The notes under the pieces were generated by a model. That model was not told where the DNA came from and searched no databases. It saw only the letters and a program-made list of their open reading frames with translations. Shown here in pieces: positions 13,015 to 25,072 of a stretch of 64,000 nt of DNA. The translations under genes and the position numbers were made by a program. Source of the stretch: Octopus bimaculoides (Eukaryota); NCBI RefSeq assembly GCF_001194135.2, contig NC_068989.1:8342052-8406051 (forward strand). The letters are read 5' to 3'. Within the stretch, counting starts at the first letter, position 1. Every line of letters starts with the position of its first letter.

Positions 13015-13197
13015 TTGGCACTCCGTCGCTTACGACGTCGAGGGTTCCAGTTGATCCGATCAACGGAACAGCCTGCTCGTGAAATTAACTTGCAAGTGGC
13101 CGAGCACTCCACAGACACGTGTACACTTAACGTAGTTCTTGGGGAGATTCAGCGTGACACAGTGTGACAAGGCTGACCCTTTGAATTACAGGCACAA
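13015..13197 (-). mobile_element. SINE family C, 3' part with (CAA)n-like tail
   Basis: Overlaps in sequence with 4810-4928. The rc ends ...gacggagtgccaacaacagc. It has internal stems gttcc-a-gttgat/atcaac-ggaac and tgctcg/cgagca. Confidence 0.65.
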
Positions 13198-13259
13198 ATA
13201 CACACGCACAAATCAAACGCACGCACACACATGCATGCATACATATGTACATATACAAC

Positions 13260-14736
13260 CAGTCTACTTCTGAAAGGTACAAAGGAATCCCGGTAAAATG
13301 ACACATTCCCGATGGCTTACAGCTGCAAATCGCATGCTACGGTTGTATGTTGCCACCGAAAGCGCTTCTAATACGATGCAATTGTCGCTTACATCATGAA
13401 AGTTTGTGCCGATGTGGCTCACAATTTAACGCAACCCTTCCTCGGAAAATGGGGCTCTAAGTGTGTTCAAGACGACTGAGTTTTTGGGAGAACTTAATCA
13501 ACCGCTACAAGACATTGTATTTCTGGTTATACAACGGAATGCTCTCTTCGTGCACCCAGAAAATATTTTACTGGCCATGATAAACGGATGAAACGAGCCA
13601 CATTCGAGAACTAACATGGAGGCGCATAAAGCAGGCTCGAACTCAGTATAAAGAGAAATCTGTGCGACCTTTCAAAATTCCTACCCTAAACTTTGCTGCC
13701 CCAAACTACATGAACTTAATTAACTGGCATGACCCTATTGTTACTGAACCACCTCTAACACAGGCATTTTCCAATGAAGAAATCGATACCTTCATTCAAC
13801 AGCAGTATTTGATGCAATTGGAAAAATTAACGTGCCACATCCAAGCTGTGGACAGATGTGTAAAACATGTGACAGAAGTATCATCTAATGTTTGTGGTGA
13901 GAGCAGTGGAGACGCTTTCATTAGGAGTCAAATCGAATCAAGAGAGAGAAGAAAAAACCCAATCTCGGTGTTCGAGACAGAAAAGGACTTCAAATTGAAA
14001 GGAATTACAGTAATAATCAATTAGAATTGTTTAGTTTAGCTATTTTCAACATAACAAACAATTACCATTATGTCGTTTTAGGTATCTCCAAAACAATAAA
14101 TCTTTGATTGTTCGTTTCTTTATTTGAGAATGAGATGCTAATTCTCGTCTACGAATAAAATTAATTGGCTTTATTACTTGGAACGAAACGGAATGCATTA
14201 CAATTATTCGTATTATTTAGTTACATGGAACTATTTCGAATAAATTGGAAATGCTAATTATTTTTATCACCAAAATGTGTCAAGAATCAAAAATTGGTTT
14301 TATTTTAATATTTGTGTAATCTAGACCTCATGTAACACAGATATTCGGTGGCCTAGTATTAAAAATAATAAAGAAAACAAAGTCGAAAAGTCTATTTATT
14401 TCACATAATTTCAAAATTTCAAGTGAGTTGCGGCGTCTGAAAATATAAATTTTAGACCTTGGAATTTTAAATCCTTGTTATTAAAGGTTTTCGCAAAACA
14501 AAATGGATTCGTAACAATGAATGTAAAAAATAAAATTAAGAACGGCAAACGTGTTATAAATTGATTTTCTAGCTCATTATTCAAAATTTCAAGTGGGCTG
14601 CGGACCCTGAAAGTATCAATTTAAGAACTTCACATTTTAAGACAACTGTTGTTAAAGGATTTTGCAATAAGGAATATATTTTTGAAAGCATATTTTGAAA
14701 ATCTGTGTAAAAAATACCTTTTTTGCTCCACCCCTA
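13260..14736 (+). mobile_element. 3' half of a hAT-superfamily (probably hATm-type) DNA transposon, pseudogenised
   Basis: Translations are PGKMTHSRWLTAANRMLRLYVAT (13289 onward), YIMKV..PMW and FKIPTLNFAAPNYMNLINW...TEPPLT...CHIQAVDRCVKHVTEVS (ORF 13662-14024). The last resembles the hAT-like CHxQAVERxVK catalytic-Glu motif, here E->D. The right terminus rc reads TAGGGGTGG. The subfamily call is from recall. Confidence 0.7.
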
Positions 14737-14844
14737 CTATACAGATGGGCGAAAACGCTTACAGCATACATTTCTGCGGCCAATAGTTATTTATATGTTT
14801 TTTAGATTTCAATTATTTCTGTGATAAAATAAGTATTTTCACGC

Positions 14845-14920
14845 CTACTATCGCGGGTGTTACGTTCCAAATTCCCCCACCCCGATAAGTGAAAATCCGT
14901 GAAGTAGAAACTGTACTGTA
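14845..14920 (+). mobile_element. Possible pogo/Tigger-type MITE fragment
   Basis: atcgcgggtgttacgttccaaattcccccacccgataagtgaaaatccgtgaagtag resembles Tigger/MER2-like subterminal sequence (recall only). Confidence 0.35.
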
Positions 14921-15082
14921 TAATTTAATTATTTTTATAATTTGTATATATTTATTTTATTATAAATGCAAAACAACACCACACACTCGCCTCCTGAGTT
15001 TCGTTTTCCATACATTATATGCAATTCTTTATTTACTCATTTACGGTACACTACGCATTTTCTTTTGATATATTTTAATTAA

Positions 15083-15164
15083 TGTAGTTCTATATTCAAG
15101 AGATGAATTATCTACATTATTTACATTTGACGGATATTTGTCCTCATATTGTTTGTTAACACAA
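15083..15164 (-). mobile_element. Hammerhead-bearing element, 3' fragment (copy 3)
   Basis: tacattatttacatttgacggatatttgtcctcatattgtttgttaacaca matches 60390-60445 and 7836-7877. Confidence 0.75.
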
Positions 15165-15358
15165 GGCCCACAATTTTGAGGAAGGAGAGCCAGTCGATTA
15201 GATCGACTCCAGTACGCAACTGGTACCTAATTTATCGACCCCTAAAGGATGAAAGGCAACGTCGACCGCGGTGGAACTTGAACTCAGAACGGAAAGACAC
15301 GAAATACCGCTGAGCATTTCGCCCGGCGTGCTAACGTTTCTACCAGCTCACCGCCTTG
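15160..15358 (-). mobile_element. SINE family B
   Basis: gtcgattagatcgactccagtacgcaactggtac...gaaaggcaacgtcgacc...aaataccgctgagcatttcgcccggcgtgctaacg is near-identical to 16438-16857 and 42782-43012. Confidence 0.88.
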
Positions 15359-16437
15359 CAATTACAGAATGTTCTTGCTGAAAAAGCTGTGCAGTTATGC
15401 CATTCCTGAAAACCCATAAATGCGAAGCAAACGTCTCGACCTCCCGATCACGTGTTCGCCCAGCCTCTACATATACACGTGTTTACATGCTTACGGGCAT
15501 ATGAACACTGTTTAGAAAGTGAAGGAGAGTAGCGTTTCGTTTTAAGGGTTGATACATCACTTGTATTAAATGAATAACAAAGACATCGAGGAAATGAATC
15601 GTATTTCTATTAAGCTTTTATTTTATTCCTAACCACATCACGATAACTATTACATCATTCTTATTTTATAAGAGATTTTATGCTTGAATACAATAACACG
15701 TTGTAGATATATTTCTTCTTTCACCATTAAATTTTTTTTCATTATATGTAAAGTGAATTTCTTTTGGACTTTTTCATTTACAACTGCTGGCTATCTAACG
15801 TTGAATGATACGTTAAGTCATCTCTGAGATGAAAACCTATAAAACGTGCATTCTAATTGATTGCTTCTATTATAAATTTTACATTAATTTTACTGTTTAT
15901 CACAAGCTTCCTGGGAAATTGTTCTTTAATTACATTGCATTATATTATGATTTATTTACTTATATTTATTTACATTTAATCATTATCAGCTTCTGGTCAT
16001 CTTTATCATTGAATTCAAATTTTCTGATAATCAACAAAATAGAATTGAAGTTTCTTTTTTCTTCATTATTTGTAAGACTTTTACTTCCTATAATGTAGGC
16101 TAATTGCGCAATAAACGTTTGATTAAAACAATTAGATCTGCATTGAAAATATATTTACTGTATCAAATAGTGGTAACGTTTCTTCTTTTAACGCAGTTAA
16201 AAAAGATCGTACACTATGAAAATAGTAAAGTCAATGAAGAAAATGCTTTTTCGTTTGTCAAAAGAAGTAATTATATTTGATCTTGCGAACATAAAGCAGA
16301 CATATATAACACTTAAAAGCAATAGTCGCTTGAAGGTCATTCTCAGCAAACTTATGTCTAGGTCAGGACCATATAACATTTTCTAATATGTAGTGACGAA
16401 TTCAGTCAGATGCTGTTTGATAATCTTCAGACATATT

Positions 16438-16857
16438 CTTTTCTACTTCAGGCACAAGGCTCGAAATTTTGGGGGAGGGGTTCAGTCGATTAGATCGACC
16501 CCATTACGGAACTGCTACTTAATTTATTGAAAGGATGAAAGGCAAAGTCGACCTCGGTGGAATTTGAATCCAGAACGTAAAGACAGACAAAATACCGCTA
16601 AGCATGTTGCCCGGCGTGCTAACGTTTCTTATTTCCTTATTGCCCACAAGGGGCTAAACTAAACATAGAGGGGACAAACAAGGACAGACAAAGGGGTTAA
16701 GTCGATTACATCGACTCCAGTGCGTAACTGGTACTTTATCGACCTCGAAAGGATGAAAGGCAAAGTCGACCTCGGCGGAATTTGAACGTAACGGCAGACG
16801 AAATACCGCTAAGCATTTCGCCCGGCGTGGTAACGGTTCTGCCAGCTCGCCGCCTCG
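16438..16857 (-). mobile_element. Two tandem SINE family B copies with different 3' tails
   Basis: The core gaaaggatgaaaggcaaagtcgacctcgg...aataccgctaagcat...cccggcgtg is repeated at about 16530-16627 and 16747-16857. Confidence 0.9.
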
Positions 16858-17377
16858 TCTATAGATATATTGCACTCACTCTTCTTGTCCATTATATTTT
16901 TTGGACCAATTGTTGTTGTATAACTGTGATCCATCGCTGATTGAGTAAAACTTTGCTCAAAGATATTCCAGCTATAAACACCGTTTCTATTTCAGACATT
17001 TGATGAAGTTTTAACTGCAATTTCTAACAAATCGAACGGCCGCATAGAGGCTCTTTATTCGAATATAGTTTTTGTTCACTTTTGTTGCTTTTGTGAGCGA
17101 ATGACAAGTTTGGAAGGTGTGTGCACTGTGTATGCATAAGATAAATTTACAACGACTTCTTTATTTCTTTTTGATACTTTTATTGTCATAGAGGTGTTGT
17201 ATTTAAATCCGAGTATGAATGATTTCGACGTGTGTTATATGTCTGTTTCGTGGCGTATGATACAGCGTGGTAAGTGACGTTGAAGGCTCCGTGGTTAAGA
17301 AATTAGTTATATATGAGAAATTAGTANNNNNNNNNNNNNNNNNNNNNNNNNNNNNNNNNNNNNNNNNNNNNNNNNNN

Positions 17378-17415
<38 letters not shown>

Positions 17416-17426
17416 GTACACACATG

Positions 17427-17461
<35 letters not shown>

Positions 17462-17654
17462 ATGTGTGTGTGTCAGATAAGACGGTGCGTTATTGTGGCT
17501 ATGAATTGTTTTGACTGCTATTTCTAGCAATGCCGGTGCTGAATAACGCCCTCAGTCGTTTTAGTGACGTATATATTTTTACCCTTCAGTTGAAAAATTG
17601 CTAACCACCCATCCTCCTTATGTATATATGTATATGTGTATATAAATATGTATC

Positions 17655-17795
17655 AGTGTTAGTTTGTTTATGTCCCCGTAACATAGCAGTTTGGCAAAGG
17701 AAACGATAGAATAAGCACTAGATTTATAAAAATATGTATTGGGTTCAATTTCCTCAACTAAAATTTTCAAGTTAGTACTGCAGCATGACCACACC
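17655..17795 (+). mobile_element. SINE family A, degraded 3' half
   Basis: tttatgtccccgtaacatagcagtttggcaaaggaaacgatagaataagcact matches 60328-60384. Confidence 0.6.
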
Positions 17796-18760
17796 ACGTA
17801 AAATTAATGCTGATAATACAAAAAGAGATAATTAATACGGTAGGCGCTGGTCTAGATCGGGAGTTTCTTGTTTATTAATGCATTGTCGAAGTAGATCTGA
17901 TTTACTTTTCTGCGGGATGATGTACTGTTGTACAATAGAAGAACGATGCAACATGACGTTAACTACCTATGAAGCTGAGTGAATGTTTTGATGACGTGTA
18001 TGGCGGTCTAGCAGATATGCTTTAAAAGCAAGGTGTATTCATTTATGGATAGATATTTTTGGTAACCAAGGAAAATGCAATTTATGGAAGTGGTTATGTC
18101 CATTACATAAGATTAGTTGTCTGACATGTAGTTTGCTGGACAGCTTCTGCTTATTTTTCTTTCTTTTAAGTGGAAAGCGAAAATAGAATTGACAGTTTTG
18201 ATGTATCTATGTGTCTAGTTTCAATTGTCATATATACTTGTATGTTTCAGGGGCATCTAAATTTCTCTTGAGATTTTGAAATGAAAATGCGTGGGTTAAA
18301 TTTGTCAATAATGAATATTTTCATACATTATTGTTTATGAGTATTTTCACACATTTAAGGATCATCCCTGATCAAACAAGCTTACGTTCAAAGCTATTCT
18401 AGTTATGGCCGTTCATCTATTCATGAAATTGTTTATTTTGGCCTCTCATAGCCAGCGTCTCAGAGATATCACTCTTCCTAACAGTAGGATGAGAATGAAA
18501 AGATATTTCGTTGATATTTCAAATACAATTCAGTGAAGACAGTGACTCTCTCGTTGTCTCGTTGATACAGATAATTATAAATATTATAAACATAGTCATC
18601 CATAGTTATATGACGATTATTTCAGGCCCTAGGTGTTGTTTGCAATTATGAAAAGAACTTAGGGGTTAGATTTCTCTATTGCTATTGCTATTTGGCTCTT
18701 TGATGTAACTAAGTAATCAAAATTATGCTCTATTTTTGTGTACGTGATCTTATAAATAAG

Positions 18761-19609
18761 TATGCGGACTGTTCCTATAGTAACGGAGCTAAAGCATAGA
18801 AAGTGAAGCCGTTTGGAACAAATTGACCTTAAACTCTGTTGTGCATGTGCACTAAGTTTTAACCTTCTAGCTTCCTTCCCCTGTTTACAACGGTGCTTGG
18901 AAGGAAGATGTGTAACGTGAGATCGCCGCATTGACCATGACAAGGTAAGTTGAACAGAGAATCCGCATCAAATTTTGCCAAAAGTTTGGCGGTACCTGCT
19001 CAGAAACTACGCGAAATTTTCAAAAGATTTCATCGTTCTCGACACAATCAAGGAGAGCTTGTGCAACTGAAACCCGAGTGGCTTTTCGGTCAGCTGATAG
19101 CAGTTCTGTTACAAACATGACAAACACGTGTCTCATACCTAAATTCGCAGTGATAATGGATTGAACTGAACCGTAACTAATCTACACGTCTTCTGATAAC
19201 TCACGGATGGTGATTCGACGATTTCTCCTCACAGTTGCAAGCACATCTGCGATATTTTTCTCCGTTCTGCTGGTTGCGGGTCTCCCAAAACGTTCGTCAA
19301 TATCGAGATTTTTCGGTCATCTTGGAAATGTTTGTACCAGTCATACACTTCTGTGTAATTCATACACTCTCTGCAACTTTGCATAATCCTTTGAGCAGGT
19401 ATCGCATTGACAACTTTCTCTGTCAAGGACAATGCGATGATCACACGCTACACACCTTCCTTCCAAGCACTGCTGTAAACAGCAGATGTAAGCTAGAATG
19501 TTAAAGTTTAGTGCACATGCACAGCAGCGTCTGAGGTCAATGAGTGTCAAGCGGCTTCATTCTGCGGGCTTTAGCTTTGTCACTCCACACTTATTGCAGC
19601 CCCTATGTA
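18761..19609. mobile_element. Non-autonomous mariner built from two inward-facing 5' ends
   Basis: 18838-18933 is about 84% identical (15 mismatches in 96 nt, by hand) to the rc of 19430-19525. The minus strand encodes a mariner N-terminus (FGRPATSRTEKNIADVLATVRRNRRITIRELSED...). The plus strand from about 18940 encodes a second one (VEQRIRIKFCQKFGGTCSET). Confidence 0.8.
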
Positions 19610-19611
19610 TT

Positions 19612-19946
19612 CCATGTACTTCTCAAGATTTTTACTCACTATTCCCAGGGCCCCGACAATTATTGGTATTGCTACTCCCTTTTTCATCCACCACAACAGC
19701 TTAACCTCCCAAGCTAACCTGTCATATCTATCGACTTTTCTCTTTTCCTTATCGCATACCTTGTTGCCAGCTGGGCATGCTATATATCTATGTCTGGCTT
19801 CCTATTCTCTATTTTATGGTCGCACTGAATCATAAAATTCCATAGGATCTTTGCATTATCATTTTCGATGATGCTTTTGGGTTTATTATGGTCGTACCGA
19901 TTTTTTACTCTGTCAAGTCCATACTTGTTGCAAAGTGCCCAATATA
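19612..19946 (-). mobile_element. R4/Dong-type LINE RLE fragment
   Basis: YWALCNKYGL...KPKSIIENDNAKILWNFMIQCDHKIENRKPDI, followed by a frameshifted IPIIVGALG-like segment. Confidence 0.82.
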
Positions 19947-21254
19947 NNNNNNNNNNNNNNNNNNNNNNNNNNNNNNNNNNNNNNNNNNNNNNNNNNNNNN
20001 NNNNNNNNNNNNNNNNNNNNNNNNNNNNNNNNNNNNNNNNNNNNNNNNNNNNNNNNNNNNNNNNNNNNNNNNNNNNNNNNNNNNNNNNNNNNNNNNNNNN
20101 NNNNNNNNNNNNNNNNNNNNNNNNNNNNNNNNNNNNNNNNNNNNNNNNNNNNNNNNNNNNNNNNNNNNNNNNNNNNNNNNNNNNNNNNNNNNNNNNNNNN
20201 NNNNNNNNNNNNNNNNNNNNNNNNNNNNNNNNNNNNNNNNNNNNNNNNNNNNNNNNNNNNNNNNNNNNNNNNNNNNNNNNNNNNNNNNNNNNNNNNNNNN
20301 NNNNNNNNNNNNNNNNNNNNNNNNNNNNNNNNNNNNNNNNNNNNNNNNNNNNNNNNNNNNNNNNNNNNNNNNNNNNNNNNNNNNNNNNNNNNNNNNNNNN
20401 NNNNNNNNNNNNNNNNNNNNNNNNNNNNNNNNNNNNNNNNNNNNNNNNNNNNNNNNNNNNNNNNNNNNNNNNNNNNNNNNNNNNNNNNNNNNNNNNNNNN
20501 NNNNNNNNNNNNNNNNNNNNNNNNNNNNNNNNNNNNNNNNNNNNNNNNNNNNNNNNNNNNNNNNNNNNNNNNNNNNNNNNNNNNNNNNNNNNNNNNNNNN
20601 GTGTGTGTGTGGAGGTTTGTATATTTGAGAATACGGTTGTATATGTGCGCCAGTATCTGAAAACAAAGAAACGAGTTGGTGAAATCAGATAAAATAAAAT
20701 GTACCTGACCACTTTACAGTTATACTCATAAACACACACAAAGACGAACGCAGAATATAAATATATACATACATACTTACAAACATATACATATATATAT
20801 ATATATGTATACATACACACACACACACACACATATACGTATACACGTGTGTGTGTGTGGAAGGGGCATGTGCTTCTGTGTTTGTGCGAGTGCGTGTGTA
20901 TGCATAAGTTTTCTCGCAGAATGGTCTTATTATTGCATTATGTAATTATTGTTACATGATACACAAAACATTACATAGTCAATAACTATCATAAACTAGC
21001 ACTGGATTGTATTATGTAATTAAACTAACAATATGGTAGTGAGTGCTCCCTTTCCACATATATATATATATGTGTATGTGTTATAATTATATCTATTGTA
21101 AACGTATCTAATATTACATATCCTATTGTATAATCGGAAATACTGTTTCGTTCACACACGTTTTTGTTTGTACAGTGCATATGCAACAACAAAAGAACGT
21201 ATTTAGATATATATTCGTATACAGTAGTGTTTGATCGATGCCGGGCAATATAAT

Positions 21255-22050
21255 TCAACTAATTATCTTTCCGTCACTTTGAACGGTGAAGTTCCAAAGG
21301 AGTGAGATGTGGTCATTTTCAAGTACTGACGGTGGTTTGTGTTTCCACCAGTTTTTATTATGAGACAGGCCCAAGTCTTTGCAAATTAACCAGTGAATAT
21401 ACTTTGCTGTGCTATCATGCCTGTTGAAATACTCTGTAGGCGCAAGAAGACTGCACATAGAGAGAACATGATCGATGGTTTCATTTTGTTGTTTACATAC
21501 ATGACATGTTGGGCTACTGCCGTTCTTTAAGATGCTGACCTGGTAGCTTCTTGTAGGTAGGCATTCATCTTGGTCTGCTATGATAAACCTCTCTGTCGCT
21601 GATTTTAAGTTAGAAAACATTAACCATTGATGGGTAAGGGCTTTGTCAGCATCGGCATTATTAGCTTTCTTTGGGTATTTACCACTGAGAGGTTTTTCTT
21701 GCTATGTATCAGTAAGAATATCTAAGGGAACAGTTTTAGCAGGGGTTTCCATACGTTTAGCTTTGTCAGTGTTTGTTTCCAGTACGTCTAATTCTGGAAT
21801 TTGTTGTATTTAGAATTCACTTAGATATTTCTTTGCCTATTTTGTTACTGGGTATGTCGTTTTCTTGATTTAATGCTTTAAGACGAGTTTTAACATCCAG
21901 GTCATATCGTTTTTCAGGTAGGTATTTAGGCCAATTGTGGCAATCTTCATTGTTGATTCCAGTTATAAAAGTTCACGGTCACCCTCTTTTATTGGCAGCT
22001 AAAGTCGTTCTATATCTGCCTTAATGTGGTGCTTACCATATTGTCAATTG
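21255..22050 (-). mobile_element. R4/Dong-type LINE fragment (post-RT region, CCHC knuckle, start of RLE)
   Basis: LKSATERFIIADQDECLPTR...TCHVCKQQNETIDHVLSMC...RHDSTAKYIHW...WWKHKPPSVLENDHISLLWNF contains a C-x2-C-x7-H-x4-C knuckle and the RHD motif. KADIERL..P.KEG-like codons lie near 22020. Confidence 0.88.
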
Positions 22051-24676
22051 TTTTCGTATTTTTCAATCAATATTACAGATTTCAGTAATCGACCAGTAAA
22101 TAATATTGAAACTTAAAATCACCACCGGTATGGCTATAATATTATTATTATGGTTAAATTATTATTATTATTGTTTTTGTTGTTGTTATTATTATTAAAA
22201 CAAAAAGAAGAGCACGACTGTTATTGGTAATACATATAGATTGACTCTGTTTATTAAAAAGAAAATGGAACGGACGAACAATATTTCGACACTCCGTGTG
22301 TCTTTTACAAGCTCAAAATATAAAACGAAATTAAATTCAAAGATAGGAAAAGCTGAAACACCCAAAATTAAACGGGAACAACTGCGTTTCTTTCCATGTT
22401 ATACGACTTCATCACTCTTTGGTCTTTGTCTAGAAGTTCCAAAATCATGGTTATGTGCAATAAAGTGTTTGTCCATTTGACCTCCAAATTAGATTTACTA
22501 AACCGCCTACCAGTTGTCAATACGACGCATAATGACACGGCTGCTTGGAAGAGTGGCACATTGTACTTAATGCATTTTTCCGGTTTTATTATACTCACCG
22601 CTTGCTGAAATGAAATTACTTCGAAGGCAAATTTGTGTGTTATCCGTTCGATAATGACGAATTATAAGTAAATAAAAAGTAATCCACTATCAGCTTGAAT
22701 TCTATGAACAACATACCTATGGTACAAACCTCTTCAGTGAGGAGCGCCGTTAATTAATGGAAAGCCATGTCCTCATTTGTTAGGATACTTCAAAAATTAC
22801 TTCGAGAAAGGTCTGATCACACGATTACATTTTGCTTTCTGTTATGTACCTGTGGCATTGTTTTCAACACAATATGAAAACATAGGACGGATGTATATTT
22901 TGGTTTAATTACGTTTGAAATGGAAATATAGCCAGACATGTTATTCATGTCGACAATTCTAAATAGTAGGCTTGAATGAATAATCGAGACTAAATTCAGA
23001 ACAATATCACGTTTAACACCAATACACCCTCACACCACCCTTACACCACCCAAAACATGTCACTTTTACTTTTTGTTTTTCGTTTTACATCTTTTCTTTC
23101 TTAATGTCAGCGACTTTTCTTGCAACTTTCGTTTTTTTTCTGATTTCCTTGTATTATTCATTTCAAATTTATTTTCAGCCAAAAATAATTCCAATGAAAA
23201 TAAAAAAAAGTAAAACTAAAACTTATTTCGAGCATAAAACGTCCGAAATGCATTAATTTAAATTACAATTGTTTCCAGCTTTCTCTTTTATATTCTCCAT
23301 TCATCTACCACACAAGTTTATTATCGATTACCGTAAATCTTGATTTATTGNNNNNNNNNNNNNNNNNNNNNNNNNNNNNNNNNNNNNNNNNNNNNNNNNN
23401 NNNNNNNNNNNNNNNNNNNNNNNNNNNNNNNNNNNNNNNNNNNNNNNNNNNNNNNNNNNNNNNNNNNNNNNNNNNNNNNNNNNNNNNNNNNNNNNNNNNN
23501 NNNNNNNNNNNNNNNNNNNNNNNNNNNNNNNNNNNNNNNNNNNNNNNNNNNNNNNNNNNNNNNNNNNNNNNNNNNNNNNNNNNNNNNNNNNNNNNNNNNN
23601 NNNNNNNNNNNNNNNNNNNNNNNNNNNNNNNNNNNNNNNNNNNNNNNNNNNNNNNNNNNNNNNNNNNNNNNATATATATATATATATAGGGAAAAGTTAA
23701 GAGTGATGCGAATTGAAAATAAATGAGTATTAATTAAGATTTGAATGTTATTCTGTTTAAATGGTAAGAATTAGAAGCCTCACAAATTACTGAAATGGTT
23801 CTTTACACCGACACCTACCGAATAAAAGACAGACGCGGTGTAGATACATAATTGTGTTTATTTGGTGATGATTTATTGAATTCAGAGCAAAGAGTGAAAT
23901 TTATTAACGATGCACATTATCTGAATTTGTGACTTATCTGGTGTACAGTCATTTAAGATAAGAATTTGATACTTTTAACTCGGTATAAGCGCTACTTTTC
24001 GACAACTTTTCGTAAGATGTTATGCTATTACGGATCACCTTACTGAATTATTGACAAGTCTCTCGTCTTCTTTTAGGCTAGAGGTGTACTGGAATTGCGA
24101 GATGGCTTTCATTTCTCTTCGCATTAACATTAACGAACTTTTGTAAGCTCGTAATTATACATATTTTCCGTGGGTTCACACAGTTCTTCTCCATACATTC
24201 TCCAGAGAATATATTTGCCCAGTGTATTACTATCTTTGACATGTCTCTGATACTGAGTGGGCAGGTTGTGGATGTAACAGATGTATGTATTTGGTCCATG
24301 CTTTAATTATTCCAAAGTGTATACTCTATAAATTCTAACTAATGAAGATAACATCGTTCGCCAAAGAATTATTATAGAACCCTTTCTGCCATGACTCCAC
24401 TGACATGATGCTGTTTTTAATTGAGCCGTTTAAGCTCATTACATTTCTCGTGCTTCCAGATTCGGAGGAGGCGGGCTTCTTTTAAAGTCGCTAACGTAGC
24501 AAGATCTCTATCTTTTCTTGAATATACGTAAAGACATGTCTTTGATACATACATACAGACATACGCACACACACGCGAGCGCTGATGTGTACTCGTGTAT
24601 ATGTGATGTATTTGTGTGTGTGTATATAGAGGACGTGAGAGAAACATACAAAAATTCATATATAAATATACATATG

Positions 24677-24719
<43 letters not shown>

Positions 24720-25017
24720 ACACACATATATATATACATACAAAAAATACGTTTTCAGACGCGTTGGAATTTTGAGATACATGTCAAAAAGTTATAAATA
24801 ACATGTAAGTACTAAGTTGCAAAACCGTTATGGTTAGATAAAATTTATCGAAAAAGATTTTCAGACCATTGTTTACGTGATGATACCTTTACCTTCATGC
24901 CCTGTGTAGACGATATCCAAAGCAAAAAGAATTATTTAAAATTCCTTCGAAAGATTATGAAATTTTTATGACGTCAACAATACATATATACATGCATATG
25001 TATTCACACATACACAC

Positions 25018-25072
25018 ATGCTTGCTTCCCAACCACATGGTTCCGGGTTCAGTTCCACTGCGTGGCACACCT
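25018..25072 (+). mobile_element. SINE family A head fragment
   Basis: gcttgcttcccaaccacatggttccgggttcagttccactgcgtggcac matches 48300-48350. Confidence 0.75.

Noticed and set aside
19780-20832. ORFs of 150-350 aa spanning N runs (also 7772-8642, 23340-23726, 25699-26530, 36315-37132, 39239-39774, 49195-50002 and 61118-62060)
   Set aside because: Their length is an artefact of assembly gaps. Only the LINE-derived segments are real.
24460-24530. Plus-strand acceptor followed by IRRRRASFKVANV (PKA-site-like)
   Set aside because: It has a good acceptor but a weak donor, an in-frame stop soon after, and no recognisable homology.
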